Below are positions 16,615 to 25,420 of a stretch of DNA of 50,682 nucleotides, one piece after another. The stretch is from Coraliomargaritaceae bacterium (GTDB lineage Bacteria > Verrucomicrobiota > Verrucomicrobiia > Opitutales > Coraliomargaritaceae). The notes beneath the pieces were generated by a model, which did no database searches, was not told the DNA's origin, and saw only the letters and a list, made by a program, of their open reading frames with translations. Each line of letters opens with the position of its first letter. Positions within the stretch are counted from its first letter, which is position 1. A program made the translations under genes and the position numbers. The DNA is taken from contig CBFHKU010000001.1 in the NCBI GenBank assembly GCA_965656495.1, positions 1-50,682 of the forward strand. Reading direction: 5' to 3'.

Positions 16615-19254
16615 ATGAATTTTAAGTCTCTAAAAAGGATCATCTCGACTGGCGTTATATTGGGTGCGCTCACACTCACTGAAGCTTTTGCAGTGGCGCA
16701 GTCCATGCGGGACGGATTTGTGGTGGGAGCCGATTTGTCCGCACTGTCGGAAATGCAGCGGGCGCAGGCGGTTTATACGGTAGAGGGTGTTGAGCGTCCG
16801 CTACTGGAGATTTTTAAGGATGCCGGTTATGAAGTGGTGCGGCTCCGCCTGTTTTTGGAGGCTGACGGACGTTGGGGAGCGGTGAACGATTTGGAGACGA
16901 CCCTGGCGATTGCAGCACAGGTTGTCGAAGCCGGTTTTGGTTTCATGCTTGATTTTCATTATTCGGATACCTGGGCGGATCCCGGGCATCAGACCAAGCC
17001 CAAGGCATGGGCGGGATTATCTTACAAGGAACTGGTAAAGCAGGTTTATGATTACACTTACGAGACCTTAAAGATTTTTGAAGCGCGCGGATTGACACCT
17101 CAATACGTGCAAATTGGCAATGAAGTCACGCCGGGGATGCTCTGGCCGGATGGGCGTGTTTCGGGGGATAGTTTTAATACTCCGGAGCAGTGGGCTAAAT
17201 TCGCAGAGCTTTTGCAGTCGGGGTGCAATGCAGTGGATGCCGCACTTCCGGAAAACACGCCCAAGAAAATCGTACATATTGATCGGGGCGGAAGCCTGCA
17301 TGTCGTGAAATATTTTTTTGAGAATCTGGATAAGCATCAAGTCGATTACGATATCATCGGTCTCAGTCATTACCCATTCTATCACAATACAATGGATGAG
17401 CTACGTGAGTCGCTGACTTACATTGATACGGTCTTGCAAAAGTCTTTTATGCTTGTCGAAACAGGCCACCCACATGCCAAGTTGAGTAAGGCAGATGCTA
17501 GAAATCCCACAGGCTACCCGCATACGCCTGCCGGGCAGTATGCGTACCTTTATGAATTGACCGAGTTGGTCGCTGGATTCGATCATAGCTTGGGCATCTT
17601 TTATTGGTACCCTGAAGGTATACCAACGAAGCTGGAGCCGAAGCCCTGGTGTTATGGTGCAAATGCCCTTTTCTCAAAAGAAGGCGCGGCCTTGCCAGCC
17701 CTATCTGCAATGGCGGATGCGCTCAAAGATATACAGGAGAAGCAACTCACTGAAGATGCGCCATTGAATATCCTGCTGATTTTTGCGGAGGATCTTGGGC
17801 TACAAATTGGACCTTATGGCGATAAAACTGCGCCTACGCCAGCTTTGGATGCGCTTGCTTTCAGTGGAACTGTTTTTGAAAATGCCTACGCCACTGCTGC
17901 AACATGCAGTCCCTCGCGTTCAAGTCTGTTCACCGGACGCTATCCATTTCAGACCGGTCATCTTGGCTTGGCATCCTCGTATGGGTATTCAATTGGTTCC
18001 GGCGATGTGCTCTACACCGAGTTGCTCAAACAGGCGGGGTATACCCTCGGATTGAGTTACAAGATTCATGTCAATCCCGAGGAGCGCTTGAAGGCACCTT
18101 TTGATTTTCTTTACGATCATTCCCGTATTAGGAAGGATGATACCGATACAAAAGACTGGCAACAGCACCTCGCATACTTCAGCGAGTTTCTGGATGCGCG
18201 CGACCCAGCGAAGCCATTTTACTATCAAGCGCAAACGCATGATACTCATGAGCCTTTCGGGCGCGGGGTATTCAAGAATGCGCCAGCGCAGTCGCCTTAT
18301 CGAACCCTTGGCCCCGGTGAGGCTGCAACGCTTCCGGCTTTTGGCAATGACATCCGGCGAACAGATTGGCTGAATCGACAACTTGCGGCCTATTACAACT
18401 CGATCCAAAGGGTGGATGCTTTTGTCGGGGGTCTGATGGAAGAGCTTGAGCGTCGCGGATTGCGCGAGTCCACCTTGGTCGTTTTTTCATCTGACCATGG
18501 CCCATCCTTTACGCGGGGTAAACTCTCCGTGCATGAGTTGGGGATCAAGGTACCGCTGATTGTAAATTGGCCGAAGAGCGAACTGGCTGGCCAGCGTATC
18601 GCTAGGCTTACATCGCTGCTGGATTTGGCGCCAACATTTTTAGAGGCGGCAAGCTTGCCTCAACGCAATGACTTTATGGGCTATTCGTTGCGACCGATGC
18701 TGCAGAAAGGGGTCGCTCCGCGCGACTGGCGCGATACTTATGTCGCGGAATATGACTCGCATACCTCGGTGGATTGGTGGCCGATGCGCTCTTTGCGCGA
18801 TGATCGTTATAAATTGATTATGAACCTGCTAGCGGAGACCGAGCATGCGGCATTTCTCATAAAGGGCGGGCGCATTCAAAGTGAAGGCATGAAGGCGGAC
18901 CGCTTGGCGAGCCAGGAATCACCGCTTAATGGTCAAACTGCTGCCATTTATAAGCGCGCGAAGAACCCACCACGGTTTGAGCTGTATGATTTGCAGGAGG
19001 ATCCGATTGAAGCGGTCAACCTAGCCAGTCAACCCGAGCATAAAGCACGGGTAGAGGCGATGGCTTTAAAGTTGCAATCGTTTTTGCAGCGGCACGGCGA
19101 TCCGCTAGCGGACTCTGGATTTCTGGATCGGTTTACTCGCGCCCAGATCAAAAAACAAAAGGAGATTCGCGCATATGAGGCGAGGCACGGGGAAGGGAGC
19201 TTTTGGGGTAAGGCGGTGACCCATGCGGATTGGTCGGACTGGCTAAACGATTAA
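16615..19254 (+). CDS. GH53 endo-beta-1,4-galactanase fused to an S1 sulfatase
   Basis: GH53: GADLS, VRLRLF, LDFHYSDTWADPGHQ, VQIGNE, GLSHYP, VETG, GIFYW. Sulfatase from ~17761: NILLIFAEDLG, CSPSR, SSDHG. Start re-called to ATG 16615 (signal peptide). Confidence 0.93.
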   Translation: MNFKSLKRIISTGVILGALTLTEAFAVAQSMRDGFVVGADLSALSEMQRAQAVYTVEGVERPLLEIFKDAGYEVVRLRLFLEADGRWGAVNDLETTLAIAAQVVEAGFGFMLDFHYSDTWADPGHQTKPKAWAGLSYKELVKQVYDYTYETLKIFEARGLTPQYVQIGNEVTPGMLWPDGRVSGDSFNTPEQWAKFAELLQSGCNAVDAALPENTPKKIVHIDRGGSLHVVKYFFENLDKHQVDYDIIGLSHYPFYHNTMDELRESLTYIDTVLQKSFMLVETGHPHAKLSKADARNPTGYPHTPAGQYAYLYELTELVAGFDHSLGIFYWYPEGIPTKLEPKPWCYGANALFSKEGAALPALSAMADALKDIQEKQLTEDAPLNILLIFAEDLGLQIGPYGDKTAPTPALDALAFSGTVFENAYATAATCSPSRSSLFTGRYPFQTGHLGLASSYGYSIGSGDVLYTELLKQAGYTLGLSYKIHVNPEERLKAPFDFLYDHSRIRKDDTDTKDWQQHLAYFSEFLDARDPAKPFYYQAQTHDTHEPFGRGVFKNAPAQSPYRTLGPGEAATLPAFGNDIRRTDWLNRQLAAYYNSIQRVDAFVGGLMEELERRGLRESTLVVFSSDHGPSFTRGKLSVHELGIKVPLIVNWPKSELAGQRIARLTSLLDLAPTFLEAASLPQRNDFMGYSLRPMLQKGVAPRDWRDTYVAEYDSHTSVDWWPMRSLRDDRYKLIMNLLAETEHAAFLIKGGRIQSEGMKADRLASQESPLNGQTAAIYKRAKNPPRFELYDLQEDPIEAVNLASQPEHKARVEAMALKLQSFLQRHGDPLADSGFLDRFTRAQIKKQKEIRAYEARHGEGSFWGKAVTHADWSDWLND

Positions 19255-19271
19255 ACTAAAAGAATTTTGAA

Positions 19272-20438
19272 ATGATATATACTTTAATTAAAATTTATAT
19301 GCTCTCTGTTCTTTTGTTGTCATGTGCCTATGCCGGCAAGGGAAGTTGGGAAGCGCAGCAGTTGCGCGCGGAAGCAATTTCGGCTGACTATCAGCAACGT
19401 TATCCGAATCTTTGCTCGGATCGTCATGTCTTTAAGGTTGTTGAGTTGGCGGATGGTTCAAAACTGGAGCTGGACTTACGTTTGGTTCGCCCCAAGGAAG
19501 GTGGCCCTTTCCCGGTGGTTTTCTTTGTGCATGGGGGTGCATGGGCGACTGGAAGCAAGGCGCAATTTACCCATGAGTCCTATGTGCTCGCCGATCATGG
19601 TATTGCGGGAGTACGAATGGAGTATCGATGGAAAAGCCATGGCGCAAAGTATCAGGAGGCATTTAGTGATCTGATGGATTCGATTGATTATATTCGGAAA
19701 CGAGCGGATGCGCTGAAGATTGATTTTTCCAGAGTGGGTCTTGCGGGTGGCTCGGCTGGCGGACATCTTTCTGCGATAGCAGCGCAACTGACCCCCGAAT
19801 GTATTTCTTATGATGGTTATAATGGACTCTATGATGCCTTTGACCGGGGTCATAGTTCTTTTGGCGGTGGCGATTATACAGGAGAAACAGAAGCAGAAAA
19901 AAAGAAAGCTTCTGCAATTTATAACATTAAAGAAAATCCGCCTCATACCTTTCTTTATCACGGCACCGAGGATTTAACGGTGTCTATCGAGGTGGCGCGC
20001 CGATTTAGAGATGCTATTCGTGATCAGGGCGGTCATGCAGAGCTCCTTGCCTACGAGGGAGCCGGCCATGCCTTTTTCAATAAAAACCCCTATCAAGCGG
20101 CGACCACAAGCGCACTTCTTGCGCATACCCGCTATGTTTTTGGGTTAACTAATTTGGAGCCGAATCTTCCTGATTTTCAGCTGCCTCCAGCGATTGCTAA
20201 AGGTATGAAAGGTTTCGACTTAATTGGGGAGTGGAGGCTCGAGGGAGACTCGGCCAAGATGTTAAATTTTAACGCGGACTACAGCTTGAAATCAACCGCG
20301 CGAAAGGCAGAGAGATGGGAGCGTCGTTATGGAGCGTATTACATTATTTGGGACAGTGGGCATCAAAGTTTGATTGAGCCAGTTGACCCTACCGCATTCC
20401 AAATCAAGGGAACATTATATAAAAAGATCGATGAATGA
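19272..20438 (+). CDS. secreted alpha/beta-hydrolase (HSL/BD-FAE-like esterase)
   Basis: HGGAW, GGSAGG nucleophile elbow, HGTED, GAGHAF; signal peptide. Confidence 0.9.
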   Translation: MIYTLIKIYMLSVLLLSCAYAGKGSWEAQQLRAEAISADYQQRYPNLCSDRHVFKVVELADGSKLELDLRLVRPKEGGPFPVVFFVHGGAWATGSKAQFTHESYVLADHGIAGVRMEYRWKSHGAKYQEAFSDLMDSIDYIRKRADALKIDFSRVGLAGGSAGGHLSAIAAQLTPECISYDGYNGLYDAFDRGHSSFGGGDYTGETEAEKKKASAIYNIKENPPHTFLYHGTEDLTVSIEVARRFRDAIRDQGGHAELLAYEGAGHAFFNKNPYQAATTSALLAHTRYVFGLTNLEPNLPDFQLPPAIAKGMKGFDLIGEWRLEGDSAKMLNFNADYSLKSTARKAERWERRYGAYYIIWDSGHQSLIEPVDPTAFQIKGTLYKKIDE

Positions 20439-22005
20439 TTTAATAAAACACCAAATTCTTTTCTGTATTCTTATGATGGCGATTTCGGTTAATGGAGATC
20501 GACCGAATATTCTGTTCATCCACATGGAGGACATGGGCTGTGAAATACCTGCCTATGGCGACCATACGCAGGAAACACCTGCGCTGACTAAGTTGTCAGA
20601 GGAAGGGATGGTTTTTGAGCGGGCGCATGTCACTGCCGCTTCCTGCGCGCCGTCGCGGGGGAGTTTGTTCACGGGTCTCTATCCGCACCAAAATGGAATA
20701 TGGGCTTTTGATAAGACGCATGGTTTTCACTTCCGTGAAGGCGTACCGACTTTTGTGCAGTTATTAAAGGATGCCGGCTATGCTACGGGGGTTTCCTACA
20801 AGACCGGTGTGAGTCCACAAAGTGCTGTGCCTTTTGATCGAAAATATAATTATAATAAAAACGCACTCGGCAAGGATCCCGGCAAGTTCCAGGTTTCCAA
20901 CTGTATCGATGGCTTTGAGCATTTTCTGAAAAACCTGCCCAAAGGCAAGCGGTTCTATTTCCAGGCGCAGACCAACGACAGCCATGTGGACTGGTCGCCC
21001 TCATTCGAGCCCATCCGTGGGGAAAAATCGAAGCTTGGCTTTGATCCGGTTGATCCTCAAAGCGTGCGACCATTGCCCCACTGGGGTAAGGTGGAGATGA
21101 CTGCCCAAGCTCGGGAATGGTTGGCCAGTTATTATGGAGCAATTCAACGCGTGGATTATTTTGTCGAAAAAGTGCTCACGCTTCTTGAAGCATATGGTCA
21201 TGCGGAGGATACTCTGGTAATCTTTTCTGCTGACCACGGGCCGTCCGATTTGCATCGGGGCAAAACGACTTCCTATGAATTCGGCATACGCGTGCCGTTC
21301 ATCGTAAAGTGGCCGGGCGTTGTGAAGCCGGGGTCACGCTCGGAGGCATTGGTTTCGTTTGTTGATCTCATGCCGACCTTTCTGGAGGCAGCGGGACTGG
21401 CGAAACCAACTTATCTACCCGGGAAATCCATTTTACCTGCGCTGACCGGCGAACGACCCAAGGGGGATCGCAAATTACTTTACTCGGCCTATAACAGTCA
21501 CACCACCGGAATGAAAAATTTCTGGCCTGCACGGACCGTTACGGATGGGCGCTTTAAATTGATCCACAACCTGCTTGGCGACGGAAAAACCACGCGTCCG
21601 GGTGAAAACGGATCCAGCTTTTCAATCATCAAAATGATGGAAGCAACGGACGCAGGCCGTACCTTGATTCAACGTACCGCTACGCCGCCCGCCTATGAAC
21701 TATATGATTTAACTCGCGATCCGGGCGAGCTGATCGATCTGGCGGGTAATCCGAAATACAAAGGCATCGAAGAAGATTTAAAAGCATCACTGACTCACTG
21801 GCGTAAGGATATCGTAGCGGATCCGCTATCGAATCCGGCTACCTTGAAGGAATTTACCGAAGAGTATATGGCTCACTGCGAGCAATGGGAGGCTAAGTCC
21901 GAAGCAATGGGAGGTAGCAAAGCGATGCAAAAAAAAGGATGGGCCCTGAATAAATCACGCTGGATTCCTGTCTGGGATGCTGCGCCCTATAAATCTGAGC
22001 CATGA
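20431..22005 (+). CDS. S1 sulfatase (sulfamidase-like group)
   Basis: PNILFIHMEDMG, CAPSR, SADHG, RGKT; similar to the sulfatase half of the GH53 fusion; start re-called to ATG 20431. Confidence 0.92.
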   Translation: MNDLIKHQILFCILMMAISVNGDRPNILFIHMEDMGCEIPAYGDHTQETPALTKLSEEGMVFERAHVTAASCAPSRGSLFTGLYPHQNGIWAFDKTHGFHFREGVPTFVQLLKDAGYATGVSYKTGVSPQSAVPFDRKYNYNKNALGKDPGKFQVSNCIDGFEHFLKNLPKGKRFYFQAQTNDSHVDWSPSFEPIRGEKSKLGFDPVDPQSVRPLPHWGKVEMTAQAREWLASYYGAIQRVDYFVEKVLTLLEAYGHAEDTLVIFSADHGPSDLHRGKTTSYEFGIRVPFIVKWPGVVKPGSRSEALVSFVDLMPTFLEAAGLAKPTYLPGKSILPALTGERPKGDRKLLYSAYNSHTTGMKNFWPARTVTDGRFKLIHNLLGDGKTTRPGENGSSFSIIKMMEATDAGRTLIQRTATPPAYELYDLTRDPGELIDLAGNPKYKGIEEDLKASLTHWRKDIVADPLSNPATLKEFTEEYMAHCEQWEAKSEAMGGSKAMQKKGWALNKSRWIPVWDAAPYKSEP

Positions 22006-23558
22006 GAATATTCAAAATGAAGCTACGAACCTTTTTGTTTACAGCGTTACTGATCGCGGGCATCGCATCCGCGGAAAAACCGAACGTATTATTTATTGCG
22101 ATCGATGACCTGCGTAATTTTGTCAATTGCTTTGGTTATGATCAGGTGCATACGCCTAATATGGACCGGCTCGCGGAGCGTTCGACAATCTTTACCAATG
22201 CCCATAATCAAGCGCCGATGTGCGGGCCATCGCGTGCCTCGGTGATGACGGGCATCCAGCCGTACAATTCGGGAGCCTACGGGTTTGTCGACTGGCGCGC
22301 TGTTCCAGTGCTTCAGGCAGCGACGACCTTGAACCGACACTTTAAGGATAATGGCTACCATACTATGTCAGGCGGGAAAATCTATCACGGCAATGCCGGT
22401 GACACAGACTGGGATGAAGTCTATTGTAAGGCGAATCATAAGAATGGAACGTGGGGTGAAAAAGAGATACGAAATGAAGATCTGGCGCTCAAAGCCTACG
22501 GCGGGATGAAGCGCAACGGGCCGGTCGATCTGCCGGATGAAGCCTTTCATGATACTCTTACTGCGAACTTGGCGATCGAGCGTTTACAGCGCGATTATGA
22601 CAAGCCCTTCTTTTTGGCTGTGGGATTTACGAAACCGCATTTATCGTGGATTGCGCCGCGAAAGTATTTCGACCTATATGATGCGGAAAAGCTGAAGTTG
22701 CCGATTGTGTTGAAGGATGATGTCATGGATACGCCGGAAGCTGCTCAATTTCCGTCTTCTCCGGTTGAGGCCCTCACGATTGATCTAGAAGCGGAGGCGG
22801 CGAGACGCTTGTTACATGCGTACCTGGCAACTATCAGCTATATGGATGCGCAGCTCGGGCGAGTGCTGGATGCCCTCGATAAACGCGATGATGCCGAGAA
22901 CACAATCATTGTTTTGTGGTCGGATCATGGCTGGCATCTGGGGGAGAAACAGTGTTGGAAAAAATTCACCTTATGGAATGAGGCCACCCGCAACCCATTG
23001 ATGATTTCAGCTCCCGGGCTAAAGGCAAAAAAGCAGTGCGCCAAGCCGGCTCAGCTGGTGGATATTTATCCAACACTGGTTCAATTGTGTGCTCTGCCAA
23101 TGCCGCAGAGTCAGTTAGACGGACGCAGTTTGGTGCCACTCATGAAAAACCCTGCCGCTGAATGGAAGTGGCCAGCTATTACCTGTAACGGACGCGACTC
23201 GTATTCGCTGACGTTTGAGCACTGGAAATATAACCGCTTCTTTGACGGTTCTGAGGAGCTCTATAATCATTCTGTAGACCCGCATGAGCACACTAATCTT
23301 GCTCGCGAGGCGGAATATAATGAATTAAAAAGAAGCTTTGGTGAATATTTGCCAAAGCAAAGCCATCCCAATGTCAGTGATGGTAAGGAGTGGATGCTTT
23401 GGTTGGTGGATTACCCACCTTTGGATCTATGGCGGAAGGAATTGGCGGATATACGCAAAGAGCTTTCCCAAACGGGCAAGGTAAATAACAAAATTTTTCG
23501 ACGCTACTGTCGCAAGTCGATTCTAGGTTATGCGGAAAATCCCCCGCGCAATAAGTAA
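22002..23558 (+). CDS. S1 sulfatase (iduronate-2-sulfatase-like)
   Basis: PNVLFIAIDDLR, CGPSR, GKIYH, GFTKPH, WSDHGWHLGEK. Confidence 0.93.
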   Translation: MRIFKMKLRTFLFTALLIAGIASAEKPNVLFIAIDDLRNFVNCFGYDQVHTPNMDRLAERSTIFTNAHNQAPMCGPSRASVMTGIQPYNSGAYGFVDWRAVPVLQAATTLNRHFKDNGYHTMSGGKIYHGNAGDTDWDEVYCKANHKNGTWGEKEIRNEDLALKAYGGMKRNGPVDLPDEAFHDTLTANLAIERLQRDYDKPFFLAVGFTKPHLSWIAPRKYFDLYDAEKLKLPIVLKDDVMDTPEAAQFPSSPVEALTIDLEAEAARRLLHAYLATISYMDAQLGRVLDALDKRDDAENTIIVLWSDHGWHLGEKQCWKKFTLWNEATRNPLMISAPGLKAKKQCAKPAQLVDIYPTLVQLCALPMPQSQLDGRSLVPLMKNPAAEWKWPAITCNGRDSYSLTFEHWKYNRFFDGSEELYNHSVDPHEHTNLAREAEYNELKRSFGEYLPKQSHPNVSDGKEWMLWLVDYPPLDLWRKELADIRKELSQTGKVNNKIFRRYCRKSILGYAENPPRNK

Positions 23559-23575
23559 GTTTAAAATATATAGAT

Positions 23576-25018
23576 ATGAACTACGCATTATTAAAGAACT
23601 TTTGGTGTTTCATGGCAGTCAGCCTTTTACTTTTTGGGAAGTGCGTTGCAGGCGATGTAGAGAAGCGAAATATTCTCCTGCTTTGTATTGATGATTTGCG
23701 TCCGGTAATGGGTTGCTATGGGGGTGCTGCAAAGAGTCCGCATATGGATGCCTTTGGAGAGCAGGCCGTGATCTTTACGCGGCACTATGTGCAATGGCCT
23801 GTTTGCGGTCCCTCACGCGCTTCGCTTCTTGGAGGACTTCGACCCGATTCGAGCGGGATTTACGAGATTGGGGATTCCTGGCAAATCACCAAGCGACCGG
23901 AGACGCACCCAACCTTACCTTTGTATTTTAAGAAGCATGGTTATACAACCTTGTCCTACGGGAAAGTCTATCACGGGTCGGGTAATGGCAAGGGTTATGG
24001 CTGGAGTGAAGCTCCATGGAAGCTGAATTGGGACTGCTATGTGAACTTTGAGCAACTAAAGGAAAAGAACGCCTTTCGACCTGCCTATGAGATATATGAC
24101 GGACCAGATTCCCGACACAATGATTATCAGACTGCTGACCGGGTGATTGCAGCCTTACGAAAGAACAAGGATCGACCCTTCTTTATTGCGGGCGGCTTCT
24201 ACAAACCGCACCTTCCTTTTGTCGCTCCAAAGCGTTACTGGGATTGGTACACCCCTGATGAAATTGAACGCATTCAGCCGGATACATTGCCTTTAGGGGC
24301 AGCGGATTATATGTATCATTGGAACGAAATTAGCGCTTATGGAGATCCTCAAGGCAAGGAACTGTATGAATCCGATGTTGCTGTTGGGAAAGACCAGACT
24401 TTGCGCATGATTCATGCCTACTACGCCTGCGTTTCATTTATCGATGCTCAGGTTGGTCGTATTCTCGACGCCTTGGAAACTGAAGGATTGGCAGATAGCA
24501 CTGCAGTGGTCCTCTGGGGGGATCATGGTTTTCATTTAGGCGATCAAGGACGTTGGGCTAAGCATACTCAATTTGAAGGGGCGATGCGAGCCCCTTTAAT
24601 GGTACGCCTACCCGGCCAACAAAAAATATCCGGGGTAACTCAGGCTATAGTGGAATCTTTGGACCTTTACCCAACCTTGTGCGATTTTGCGGGATTACCC
24701 ATTCCAGAATTTGTTGAAGGAGAAAGCCTAATTCCATTCATAAGAGGCACCAGTAAAGGTAAGCAGGCGGCTTACAGTCAAATTCGTCCAGTGGGAGGAG
24801 CGAAAAAGTTTAGACCGATGGCATACAGCGTGCGCACAAAAGATTTTCGTTACGTAGAGTGGCGATTATCCGCAGAGGGAAGCGAAATTGTTAAGCAGGA
24901 GCTCTACGATTTAAGTCAAGACGGTGTTGAGACCGTTAATCTTGCCGATGATTCAGATATGATAACGGTTCTTCAATCGCATCAAAAGCTGCTTGCCAAA
25001 GTGCACCCGCATGAGTGA
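23576..25018 (+). CDS. S1 sulfatase (iduronate-2-sulfatase-like)
   Basis: NILLLCIDDLR, CGPSR, GKVYH, GFYKPHLPF, WGDHGFHLG. Confidence 0.93.
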   Translation: MNYALLKNFWCFMAVSLLLFGKCVAGDVEKRNILLLCIDDLRPVMGCYGGAAKSPHMDAFGEQAVIFTRHYVQWPVCGPSRASLLGGLRPDSSGIYEIGDSWQITKRPETHPTLPLYFKKHGYTTLSYGKVYHGSGNGKGYGWSEAPWKLNWDCYVNFEQLKEKNAFRPAYEIYDGPDSRHNDYQTADRVIAALRKNKDRPFFIAGGFYKPHLPFVAPKRYWDWYTPDEIERIQPDTLPLGAADYMYHWNEISAYGDPQGKELYESDVAVGKDQTLRMIHAYYACVSFIDAQVGRILDALETEGLADSTAVVLWGDHGFHLGDQGRWAKHTQFEGAMRAPLMVRLPGQQKISGVTQAIVESLDLYPTLCDFAGLPIPEFVEGESLIPFIRGTSKGKQAAYSQIRPVGGAKKFRPMAYSVRTKDFRYVEWRLSAEGSEIVKQELYDLSQDGVETVNLADDSDMITVLQSHQKLLAKVHPHE

Positions 25019-25065
25019 GCCCCTTGATTTTTCTTTCTATAACCCTCTCTAATTAAATCAAAAGT

Positions 25066-25383
25066 ATGATGAATCCATTTGTTAAAAAACACCTTATCTT
25101 TACTGCCGTATTCTTATTCAGTGCTAGAAGTATAATCGGGGTAGAAGAAGCAGGCAAAACGGAACCTGTTCCCAAATGGGTTCAAAAGATGGATGCGAAT
25201 AAGGACGCATATGTCTCGAAAGAAGAATGGTTGAGTAATCGCAAGGCGAATGCCTCTAAGGAGGGTCGGCCGTTTGATGAAAAAAAACTCTCAAGGATCT
25301 TTTCGCAAATGGATCTTGATGGAGACGAAAAGGTCTCGTTTGTCGAATTCAGCACCTACATCGCAAAGAAAAAATCAAAGTAA
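25066..25383 (+). CDS. small secreted EF-hand protein
   Basis: Signal-like N-terminus; two EF loops DANKDAYVSKEE and DLDGDEKVSFVE. Confidence 0.85.
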   Translation: MMNPFVKKHLIFTAVFLFSARSIIGVEEAGKTEPVPKWVQKMDANKDAYVSKEEWLSNRKANASKEGRPFDEKKLSRIFSQMDLDGDEKVSFVEFSTYIAKKKSK

Positions 25384-25420
25384 ATATAGTCAACCTTGGA
25401 AGGTTTGGAGGGCAAGAGTT

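Noticed and set aside
25250..25420. Long N-terminal extensions in the ORF track (also at 9725, 15071, 16519, 20374, 41400, 46645, 48587)
   Set aside because: They mostly overlap neighbouring genes or promoter regions; downstream ATGs give proper signal peptides or family-typical starts
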